A stretch of 15,853 nt of DNA from Octopus sinensis (lineage: Eukaryota): NCBI RefSeq assembly GCF_006345805.1, contig NW_021825298.1, positions 1-15,853 on the forward strand. Reading direction: 5' to 3'. Each line of letters starts with the position of its first letter. The stretch's first letter is position 1. A program made the translations under genes and the position numbers. This document shows, piece after piece, positions 1 to 8,625 of this stretch. The notes under the pieces are model-generated. The model was not told where the DNA came from. It was given only the letters and a program-made list of their open reading frames with translations, and searched no databases.

Positions 1-99
1 GCTATAGCAGAAGACACTACCAAGATGCCACGCAGTGGGACTGAACCTGGAACCATGTGGTTGGTTAGCAAGCTACTTACCACAAAGCCACTCCTGCAC
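1..99 (-). mobile_element. SINE family A head (partial, cut by window edge)
   Basis: Reverse complement of the A head (tgcaggagtggctttgtggtaag...ggttcagtcccactgcgtggcatc), which has Pol III A-box-like and B-box-like motifs. Confidence 0.85.
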
Positions 100-118
100 A
101 TAAATACATATACATATA

Positions 119-247
119 TACGACGGGCTTCTTTTAGTTTCCTTCTACCAAATCCACTCACAAATCATTGGTCGGCCCGAGGCTATAGCAGAAGACACTT
201 ACCAAGATGCCATGCAGTGGGACTGAACCCGGAACCACTCCTGCGCC
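119..247 (-). mobile_element. SINE family A head with internal deletion
   Basis: Matches the A head, but ggaacca joins directly to ctcctgcgcc. The segment between two cca microhomologies is lost. Confidence 0.8.
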
Positions 248-461
248 TATAGATTATTTTCTCCCAATTTTTTTTTTCTCGGTCACTTAAAAAACTGTGA
301 TTTGTTTACTGACGAAAGCATTCTACTCTATGACGTTTCTTTATCCATGATTAGGTCACAGGCCGAGTAATAAAGATTTTCAACAATAAACGTTCGTATG
401 ACATTTGTTGACTTTGTGTGCTTCTGTGTTTTGATATTGTGTCTGTTCGTACCACAGTCAC

Positions 462-494
462 CTCAGTTTCTGCTCGTGAAATCATTTTAATAGA
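462..494 (-). CDS. Weak candidate 33-nt coding exon (SIKMISRAETE), phase 0-0
   Basis: Minus strand ttttactttcaatgcaag|TCT...GAG|gtgact in unique sequence. The phase fits the exon at 3084-3114, but the splice sites are only moderate. Confidence 0.3.
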
Positions 495-534
495 CTTGCA
501 TTGAAAGTAAAACTTCATTATATATATATATATA

Positions 535-1223
535 GGCACAGGAGTGGTTGTGTGGTAAGTAGCTTGTTTACCAAGCACATGGTTCCAGTTTCAGTCTCAC
601 TGCGTGGGACCTTGGGCAAGTGTCTTCTATAGTCTCAGGCCAACCAAAGCCTTGTGGATTTGGTAGACGGAAACTGAAAGAAGCCCGCCGTATATTATAT
701 AGGTGCAGGAGTGGCTGTGTGGTAAGTAGCTTGTTTGCCAACCACATGGTTCCGGGTTCAGTCTCACTGCGTGGCACCTTGGGCAAGTGACTTCTACTAT
801 AGCCTCGGGCCGACCAAAGCCTTGTGAGTGGATTTGGTAGACGGAAACTGAAAGAAGCCCGTCGTATATTATATAAGTGCAGGAGTGGCTGTGTGGTAAG
901 TAGCTTGTTTAGCAACCACATGATTCCAGGTTCAGTCCCACTGCATGGCACCTTGGGCAAGTGTCTTCTACTATAGCCTCGGGCCGACCGATGCCTTGTG
1001 AGTGGATTTGGTAGACGGAAACTGAAAAAAGCCCATCGTATATATATATATATATATATAGGCGCAGGAGTTGCTGTGTGGTAAGTAGCTTGCTAACCAA
1101 CCACATGGTTCCGGGTTCAGTCTCACTGCGTGGGATCTTGGGCAAGTGTCTTCTGCTATAGCCCCGGTCCGACCAAAGCCTTGTGAGTGGATTTTGTAGA
1201 CGGAAACTGAAAAAAGCCCATCG

Positions 1224-1255
<32 letters not shown>

Positions 1256-1473
1256 TGTGTGTGTTTGTGTGTCTGTGTTTGTCCCCTTAGCATTGCTTGA
1301 CAACCGATGCTGGTGTGTTTATGTCCCTGTAACTTAGCGGTTCGGCAAAAACAGACCGATAGATCAATTACTGGGCTTCCAAAGAATAAGTCCTGGGGTC
1401 GATTTGCTCGACTAAAGGCGGTGCTACAGCATGGCCGCAGTCAAATGACTGAAACAAGTAATAGAGAAAAGAG
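535..1473 (+). mobile_element. SINE family A, four tandem heads plus internal microsatellite plus one 3' tail
   Basis: Heads of about 160 bp start at 535, 702, 876 and 1061. They are followed by (TA)n/(TG)n and the tail gtccccttagcattgcttgacaaccg...gactgaaacaagta. Confidence 0.9.
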
Positions 1474-1480
1474 AATGAGA

Positions 1481-1507
1481 ATATGTATATATACATATAT
1501 ATATATC

Positions 1508-1544
<37 letters not shown>

Positions 1545-1581
1545 ATATATGTATATATTTGTATATGTATATATATATATG
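1481..1581. repeat. Compound (TA)n/(TG)n microsatellite
   Basis: Directly visible. Confidence 0.95.
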
Positions 1582-1808
1582 TATTTCTTTACTACCCACA
1601 AGGGGCTAAACATAGAGGGGACAAACAAGGACAGACAAAGGGATTAAGTCGATTACATCAACCCCAGTGTGAAACTGGTACTTTATTTATCGACCCGAAA
1701 GGATGAAAGGCAAAGTCTACCATGGCAGAATTTTAACTCAGAACGTTAAAACATGAAATACTGCTAAGCATTTGCCCGGCGCTAATGTTTCTGCCAGCTC
1801 ACCGCCTT

Positions 1809-1809
<1 letters not shown>
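1582..1809 (-). mobile_element. SINE family B, near full length
   Basis: Minus strand taaggcggtgagctggcagaaac...gagttaaaattc...ctttgcctttcatcctttcgggtcgataaat...gtgggtagtaaagaaata. Matches the plus copy at 14869-15101. Confidence 0.88.
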
Positions 1810-1895
<86 letters not shown>

Positions 1896-1945
1896 CATAT
1901 ATATTTATATATACATATATGTATATATATTGTAATATATAATAT
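1810..1945. repeat. (CA)n/(TA)n microsatellite
   Basis: Directly visible. Confidence 0.95.
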
Positions 1946-2361
1946 TCTTACTCTTTACTCTTTTACTTGTTTCAGTCATTTGACTGCGGCCATGCTGGAG
2001 CACCGCCTTTTAGTCGAGCAAATCGACCCCAGGACTTATTCTTTGTAAGCCCAGTACCTATTCTATTGGTCTCCTTTGCCGAACCGCTAAGTGACGGGGA
2101 CGTAAACACACCAGCATCAGTTGTCAAGCAATGCTAGGGGGACAAACACAGACACACAAACATATACACACACACTTATATATATATATACATATTTACG
2201 ACAGGCTTCTTTCAGTTTCCTTCTACCAAATCCACTCACAACGCATTGGTCAGCCCGGGGCTATAGCAGAAGACACTTGCCCAAGATGCCATGCAGAGGG
2301 ACTGAACCCGGAACCATGTGGATAGTTAGCAAGCTTCTTACCACACAGCCACTCCTGCGCC
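1946..2361 (-). mobile_element. SINE family A, full length (head, microsatellite, tail)
   Basis: Head 2361-2198, AC/AT microsatellite, and tail ending ...caagtaaaagagtaaagagtaaga on the minus strand. Confidence 0.9.
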
Positions 2362-2445
2362 TCTATATATATATACGTTTATATATTTGTTTTGCAAGAT
2401 TCTTTATGTGAAGTTGTGTGTTGAAACAGATATTGTTGTATTTAT

Positions 2446-2849
2446 GAATGGTCATTTTACCAGTTTAGCCAATAAAAACACATGCACGATATATTTGGTG
2501 TTATTTTGCTTCAGTGTTATTTATTTTTTTATATTAATCTTAATCTTATTTCGACCAGAGTTCTTTCGTCACACTCCTGTGACCTCATCAGTGGTCCTTT
2601 GTTTTCTTCTTTCTTATTTGTGTCTCTCCTTACTAACCGTCAGCCATTTTGTATTTCTATTGTATATCTTCATTTGTGCATGCATATATCTCTGTGTGCG
2701 TCTATGTTTATTTAGTGTGTGTGTGGGGGGGGATGCCTGTAATATTTGTATCTTCTGTTTATGTAAAAAAATAAATAACACTGAAGCAAAGTAACACCAA
2801 ATATATAGTGCGTGTGTTTTTATTGGCTAAACTGACAAAATGACCATTC
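2446..2849. mobile_element. MITE-like element with about 89-bp inverted arms
   Basis: 2446-2534 (gaatggtcatttt...ttttttatat) is the reverse complement of 2761-2849 with about 6 mismatches by eye. The spacer is 226 bp. Confidence 0.75.
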
Positions 2850-3083
2850 CGAAATATATATATATATATATAAAAATAGTAATGCAATACGAGAGTATTG
2901 CTTTCCAGTAAAGAATAGCCCGTGAGGGAAAATTATACATAGAAGTAAATATATGGCACAACGAAGTACCGATATTTACTGGAAAATAGCGAACGTAATA
3001 AATACGACGCTAATGTATTTTTTCACCGCGTATGTACTAGCAAAAATGCATGTGTGCAACAAAATTGAAAAAGATTGTCTTAC

Positions 3084-3114
3084 CTCGAGGGAGACCATCT
3101 GAAAGATGAAATAC
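3084..3114 (-). CDS. 31-nt coding microexon (R)YFIFQMVSLE, phase 2-0, unidentified gene
   Basis: Acceptor ttatccctttctag and donor GAG|gtaaga. In frame with the exon at 3205-3266. Confidence 0.65.
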
Positions 3115-3204
3115 CTAGAAAGGGATAATGTGGTACCGGTTTCAGATTTTTCAAGATATGTCTGCACACATATACTTGATTTATCTTCATCAGCCAACAT
3201 ATAC

Positions 3205-3266
3205 CTCGACAAAATTTCAATTGTTGCCACATCAATGCCAATACACTCGACTGAAACGCCAAAACG
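3205..3266 (-). CDS. 62-nt coding exon RFGVSVECIGIDVATIEILS(R), phase 0-2, unidentified gene
   Basis: Strong acceptor tattcttcactgttctcgttctgtcag and donor GAG|gtatat. Unique non-repeat sequence with an open frame. Confidence 0.65.
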
Positions 3267-3307
3267 CTGACAGAACGAGAACAGTGAAGAATATATATAT
3301 TGATTGA

Positions 3308-3568
3308 GACCTCCTTCGGTCATGACTGTCTGTGGGATTGCACCTAGAAAGTTACCCTCCCAGGCACAAGTCCGGGAAATGATGTTTATGGAAGAGAGCA
3401 TGTCGCCCATGCATACAGGCCTCCCCTCTGCAGGCCACCAGTGTTATCCAATGGAAAGGCAAAGGGGCCGATAAAGCTTGGCACCCGTGACGTCGCAACT
3501 CACTTCTATAGCTGAGTGAACTGGAGCACCGTGAAATAAAGTGTCTTGCTCAAGAACACAACACGCAG
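3308..3568 (-). mobile_element. SINE family F (CORE-like central domain), 5' head missing
   Basis: Minus strand ctgcgtgttgtgttcttgagcaagacactttatttcacggtgctccagttcactcagct resembles the CORE-type SINE domain. The superfamily assignment is from memory only. Confidence 0.6.
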
Positions 3569-3569
3569 T

Positions 3570-3758
3570 CTCCCCACCATTGCTTGACAACCTGTGCTGG
3601 TGTGTTTACGTCCCCGTAACTTAGCGGCTCGGCAAAAGAGACCGATAGAATAAGTACTAGTCTTATAAAGAATAAGTCCTGGGGTCGATTTGTTCGATTA
3701 AAGGCGGTGCTCCAGCAGGGCCATAGTGAAATGACTGAAACAAATAAAAGGATAAAAA
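3570..3758 (+). mobile_element. SINE family A tail fragment
   Basis: cattgcttgacaacc...ggcggtgctccagca...gactgaaacaaataaaag matches the other A tails. Confidence 0.85.
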
Positions 3759-3819
3759 CATATATATATATATTTGTATGTATATATGTATATATATTTA
3801 TATGTGTGTTTGTGTGTGT

Positions 3820-3915
3820 GTGTGTGTGTGTTTGTCCTCCACAATCACTTGAAACTGATGCTGGTGTGTTTACATCCCCATAACTTAACAGTTCAGCAAA
3901 AGAGACCAATAAATT
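3820..3915 (+). mobile_element. Degenerate SINE family A tail fragment
   Basis: gtgtttgtcctcc...gatgctggtgtgtttacatcccc...aaaagagacc. Confidence 0.7.
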
Positions 3916-3922
3916 CAGTAGG

Positions 3923-4431
3923 TTCTTTTCGGGTTTGAACGGCAGTTTTTTCTAGTGGTGTCATATGAAATTGTCACCCATAATTATATTTCTTTACTAC
4001 CCACAAGGGGCTAAATATAGAGGGGACAAACAAGGACAGACAAATGGATTAAGTCGATTACATCGACCCCAGAGCGAAACTGGTACTTTATTTATCGACC
4101 CCGAAAGGATGAAAGGCAAAGTCTACCTCGGCGGAATTTGAACTCAGAACGTAGCGGCAGACGAAATACCTATTTGTTTATTACCCACAAGCGGCTAAAT
4201 ATAGAGGGGACAAACAAGGACAGACAAAAGGATTAAGTCGATTACATCGACCCCAGTGTGAAACTGGTACTTTATTTATCAACCCTGAAAGGATGAAAGG
4301 CAAAGTCTACCTCGGCGGAATTTGAACTCAGAATGTAGCGGCAGACGAAATACCGCTAAGCATTTCGCCCGGCGCGCTAACGGTCACCCATAATTATGAC
4401 CCTAGTATCGATCTATTGCATTTCAGTCTGT
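3923..4431 (+). mobile_element. Family G MITE 5' fragment split by a B insertion (3923-3987 and 4383-4431)
   Basis: Both parts match 5220-5315 contiguously once 3988-4382 and one TSD copy are removed. Confidence 0.8.
3988..4382 (-). mobile_element. SINE family B tandem dimer with 15-bp TSD
   Basis: B copies at 3988-4170 and 4171-4382, flanked by gtcacccataattat at 3973-3987 and 4383-4397. Confidence 0.88.
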
Positions 4432-4483
4432 ACTGTATATCTTTTAAACCTATTTTTATAATTTGTATATATTTGTATATATA

Positions 4484-4650
4484 GGCGCAGGAGTGGTTGT
4501 GTGGTAAGTAGCTTGCTAACCAACCACAGGGTTCTGGGTTCAGTCCCACTGCGTGGCACCTTGGGCAAGTGTCTTCTGTTATAGCCCCGGGCTGACCAAT
4601 GCCTTGTGAGTGGATTTGGTAGAAGGAAACTGAAAGAAGCCTGTCGTATA

Positions 4651-4693
<43 letters not shown>

Positions 4694-4912
4694 CTGTGTT
4701 TGTGTGTCTGCGTTTGTCCCCCTAGCATTGCTTGACAACCGATGCTGGTGTGTTTACGTCCCCGTCACTTCACGGTTCGGCAAAAGAGATCGATAGAATA
4801 AGTACTGGGCTTACAAAGAACAAGTCCCGGGGTCGATTTGCTCGACTAAAAGGCGGTGCTCCAGCATGGCCGCAGTCGAATGACTGAAACAAGTAAAAGA
4901 GAAAAAAAGAGT
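4484..4912 (+). mobile_element. SINE family A, full length
   Basis: ggcgcaggagtggttgtgtggtaag head, TA/TG microsatellite, and tail ending aagtaaaagagaaaaaaagag. Confidence 0.9.
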
Positions 4913-5028
4913 ATTTATTTATAAGTGAGAAGCAACAACACGTCAGAGGAATTGACGTCAGCTTAAATAATATTAAATAATAATAAACTGTGATAGGTGA
5001 TTCGTGATGTGACGAGAGATAACCTTAC

Positions 5029-5072
5029 TCTGCTTTCTATTAGAGTGGAAAATCTTTGTTCACAAAGGTAGG
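5029..5072 (-). CDS. 44-nt coding exon (x)YLCEQRFSTLIESR, phase 1-0, unidentified gene
   Basis: Acceptor ttaccttttgccacag and donor AGA|gtaagg. Ends in phase 0, matching the exon at 3205-3266. Confidence 0.55.
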
Positions 5073-5215
5073 CTGTGGCAAAAGGTAACTTTTTCACTAC
5101 TTTCCCATGCCAAAACAAACAAATAACACGTTTTTTTTATATATATAATTTTGCTTATCTTTAACGAGTCCTCATTATCCCCCCCCCCCCCCCGGATTTC
5201 ATTTTTATTCATATT

Positions 5216-5878
5216 GGGATCTTTTCGGTTTGAACGGCAGTTTTTTCTAGCGGTGTCATATGAAATTGTCACCCATAATTATGACCCTAGAATCGATCTA
5301 TTGCATTTCAATCTGTTTTAGGGTTAGGGGTTGGCGGAGGGGTATCTTTTTTTCTTCAGAAATGTAAATAAACCCAATCTGTTTCTTAAACGAGGTACAT
5401 ATTCATACGGCACAGAATGTTTTCACCTCAATAGACGTCATTGATTGGTTGAAATTGCAGAAATTGAAGAAAAAATACAACAAATATCCTACAAACTATA
5501 GAATTTTCTCAATAAAGCCAAGAGAAAAAGATGTTTTATAAACACATTCTACCAGTATACGAAGTTTAAAAGTGTTTAGTTACGTGAAAATTATTTTTAA
5601 AAACTGCCAGTCAAACCGAAAGGATCCCTGTTTCTTAAACGAGGGACATATTCATACGGCACAGAATGTTTTTTTACCTCAATAGACGTCAGTGATTGGT
5701 TGAAATTTCAGAAATTGAAGGAAAAAAGCAACAAATATCTTACAAACTATAGAATTTCCTCAATAAAGCCAAGAGAAAAAGATGTTTTATAAACACATTC
5801 TACCAGTATACGAAGTTTAAAAGCGTTTAGTTACCTAGAAATTATTTTAAAAAACTGCCGGTCAAACCGAAAAGATCC
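5216..5878. mobile_element. Family G non-autonomous TIR-like element with duplicated 3' end
   Basis: Left end gggatcttttcggtttgaacggcagttttt is complementary to right ends aaaaactgccagtcaaaccgaaaggatccc (to 5628) and aaaaactgccggtcaaaccgaaaagatcc (to 5878). 5379-5627 is repeated as 5628-5878. Confidence 0.8.
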
Positions 5879-5962
5879 ATTCAATACCAGGCTTTCAAAA
5901 AAAAAATAATTAAGTACTGAGGTGGTTGACTTATTCAACTAAAAACCCCTCCTCAGCATTAG

Positions 5963-6345
5963 TAGGAGCACTCCGTCGGTTGCGACGATGAGGGTCCCAG
6001 CTGATACGATAAACGGAACAGCTTGCTCGTGATATTAACATGCAAGTGGCTGAGCACTCCACAGACACGTGTACCCTTAACGTAGTTCTCGGGGATATTC
6101 AGCGTGACACAGAGAGTGACAAGGCTGGCCCCTTGAAATACAGGTACAACAGAAACAGGAAGAAAGGGTGAGAGAAAGTTGTGGTGAAAGAGTACAGCAG
6201 GGATCACCACCATCCCTGCCGGAGCCTCGTGGAGCTTTAGGTGTTTTCGCTCAATAAACACTCACAACGACCGGTCTGGGAATTGAAACCGCGATCCTAC
6301 AACCACAAGTCCGCTGCCCTAACCATTGGGCCATTGCACCTTCAC
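5963..6345 (-). mobile_element. SINE family C, full length
   Basis: Minus-strand tRNA-like head with A box tggcccaatggttagg and B box ggtttcaattcc. The body matches 6350-6710. Confidence 0.88.
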
Positions 6346-6349
6346 AAGA

Positions 6350-6710
6350 CGAGCACTCTATTAGTTACGATGATGAGGGTCCCAGCTTGTTCATGAAATT
6401 AACGTGCAAGTGGCTGAGCACTCCACAGACATGTGTACCCTTAACGTAGTTCTCGGGGATATTCAGCGTGACACAGAGAGTGACAAGGCTGGCCCTTTGA
6501 AATACAGGTACAACAGAAACAGGAAGTAAGAGTGAGAGAAAGTTGTGGTGAAAGACTATAGCAGGGTTCACCACCATCCCTGCCGGAGCCTCGTGGAGCT
6601 TTTAGGTGTTTTCGCTCAATAAACACTCAGAACGCCCGGTCTGGGAATCGAAACCGCGATCCTACGACTGCGAGTCCGCTGCCCTAACCACTGGGCCATT
6701 GCGCCTCCAC
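6350..6710 (-). mobile_element. SINE family C, full length
   Basis: gtggaggcgcaatggcccagtggttagggcagcggactcgcagtcgtaggatcgcggtttcgattccc head, in tandem with the previous copy. Confidence 0.88.
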
Positions 6711-6924
6711 TGCACAGTACAGTAGGCAAAGGGTGGTTGCTCAAAGTTTGCCACCCGACTGGTTTTAGCTCAATAAACACTCACAACACCCGGTCTGGGA
6801 ATCGAAACCGCGATACCTGTGACCACGAGTCCGCTGCCCTAACCACTGGGCCATTGCGCCTCCACTGCACAGTACAGTAGGCAAAGGGTGGTTACTCAAA
6901 GTTTGCCACCCAACTGGTTTTAGC
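6614..6924. repeat. About 154-bp tandem duplication (C head plus unique flank)
   Basis: Units start at 6614 and 6768. Each contains the C head and tgcacagtacagtaggcaaagggtgg...ctggttttagc. Confidence 0.9.
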
Positions 6925-6935
6925 ATAATCGATTG

Positions 6936-7104
6936 GGTGCGACTGTGTGGTAAGGAGCTTGCTAATCAGTTACATGGTTCTGGGTTCAGTCCCACTACGT
7001 GGCACCTCGGGCAAATGTCTTTATTATAGCCTTGGACCAACCAAAGCCCTGTGAGTGGATTTGGTAGACAGAAACTGAAAGAAGCCCTTCGTTCATGTGT
7101 GTGC

Positions 7105-7144
<40 letters not shown>

Positions 7145-7152
7145 CAACCAAA

Positions 7153-7186
<34 letters not shown>

Positions 7187-7246
7187 CAACCAAAGCCCTG
7201 TGAGTGGATTTGGTAGACGGAAACTGAAAGAAGCCCTTCGTTTATG

Positions 7247-7289
<43 letters not shown>

Positions 7290-7475
7290 CAACCAAAGTG
7301 TATATATATATATATATATATACACACCAACCAAAGCCCTGTGAGTGGATTTGGTAGACGGAAACTGAAAGAAGCCCTTCGTTTATGTGTGTGCATGAGC
7401 CTCCACCCTCCTCAGCACTATCTCCCCGCATGGCCACAGACTAATAACAGACTAATAACTGAAACAAATATAAAA
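6936..7475 (+). mobile_element. SINE family A variant with three-fold reiterated head 3' half
   Basis: accaaccaaagccctgtgagtggatttggtagac...gaagcccttcgtt at 7036, 7185 and 7326, separated by (TA)n and short stubs. A degenerate tail runs to about 7475. Confidence 0.75.
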
Positions 7476-7779
7476 GACAGAAAAACACAATATCAACAAG
7501 GAAAAGAAATAGTGACGAAAACAGTTGTTTACATGTCCTCGTTGAAAAAGAATTTTTCGTAAGTGAAGGTGACACAAACAATGAAGCCTGAGATATTACA
7601 TTTCCTTTCTGTTAGCTGTACAAATGAATTCGAAGTCTAAAAAACTCAGACAAGCCAGGTCACTTAGAATTCACCTCACAATGTTGCTTTGTTATTCAAA
7701 CAATATTTTTCGAAGTTACCTTTTTTTTTAGGCAGTCTCTCTCGAACAATGCCTGTTTGTGTGTAGACATTTGGCACTT

Positions 7780-7815
7780 GTGTGTGTGTGGGTATGCATT
7801 CTCCATGCATCCGCT

Positions 7816-7875
<60 letters not shown>

Positions 7876-8299
7876 TATATATATATATATATATGCATAT
7901 ATATGTGTGTGTGTGTGTATGTATGCATGTATATATATATATACATACATATATATATATATACACACATATATAATATATATGTATATAATATATATTA
8001 TGTATATATATATGTGTGTGTGTATGTATGCATGATTATATATACATACACATATATATATATATACACACACATATATATATATATATATAGTGTGTGT
8101 GTAGGTGTGTGTATATAGATTGTATATATATATATATATATATGCATATATATTATATATATATAATAGGTGTGTGTGTGTATGTATGTATGCATGTATA
8201 TATATATATAATATATATATATATATATGTATATATGTATACAGATTATATATAACACATATATATAACCATATATATATACTATAACTATATACTAAT

Positions 8300-8349
<50 letters not shown>
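7780..8349. repeat. Long compound (TA)n/(TG)n/(CA)n microsatellite
   Basis: Directly visible. It explains all ORFs from 7676 to 8352. Confidence 0.97.
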
Positions 8350-8350
<1 letters not shown>

Positions 8351-8352
<2 letters not shown>

Positions 8353-8563
8353 AATGTGACCTCGTGTGTACCGTTAGCGATTTTTTTCCTCAGTCTTCCC
8401 TTCTCTGGATCTTTCCTTTTCCTATGTTTCTGACGAAGAGCTCCGCTCGAAATGTTAAACCCTCCTTCTTTCCTTCCTACCTGACCGTCCAATGATACTT
8501 TCTTTGTTCCACGTCCTCACGTTGTTGTGTTTTCTCTTTGTGTTTTCATGTTTGGATTAACTT
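8351..8563 (+). mobile_element. Hammerhead-containing repeat fragment (Penelope pseudo-LTR-like or retrozyme-like)
   Basis: Pyrimidine-rich segment between microsatellites that carries a minimal hammerhead core. Such cores are known from Penelope-like element pLTRs. Confidence 0.5.
8426..8460 (+). ncRNA. Minimal type I hammerhead ribozyme motif (slightly degenerate)
   Basis: gttt-CTGACGA-a-GAGC-tcc-GCTC-GAAA-tgtt-aaac. Core boxes are present, stem II is GAGC/GCTC and stem I is GTTT/AAAC. Confidence 0.7.
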
Positions 8564-8625
8564 TATATATGTACATATATTTATATACATATATATAAAT
8601 ATATTCATGTACACACATGCTTATA

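Noticed and set aside
305-338. Second hammerhead (CTGACGA at 309-315)
   Set aside because: No stem II or GAAA follows.
2631-2643. TACTAAC branch point plus CAG on the plus strand
   Set aside because: Too close to the AG, inside a MITE, and no exon follows.
2976-3410. 144-aa ORF as a single-exon gene
   Set aside because: It starts inside SINE F and runs through splice signals. It is better explained as two exons plus an open intron.
5318-5330. Interstitial telomere
   Set aside because: Only two TTAGGG units, internal to family G.
6637-6710. tRNA genes at the C (and A, B) heads
   Set aside because: A and B boxes are present, but I could not form a proper cloverleaf, and each head continues into a SINE body.
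7540-7640. Plus-strand donor tc|gtaagt and a minus-strand exon starting at 7636
   Set aside because: Neither has a convincing partner splice site or compatible phase.
6966-8352. YI/HT/CV-rich ORFs
   Set aside because: Dinucleotide microsatellite and SINE artefacts.
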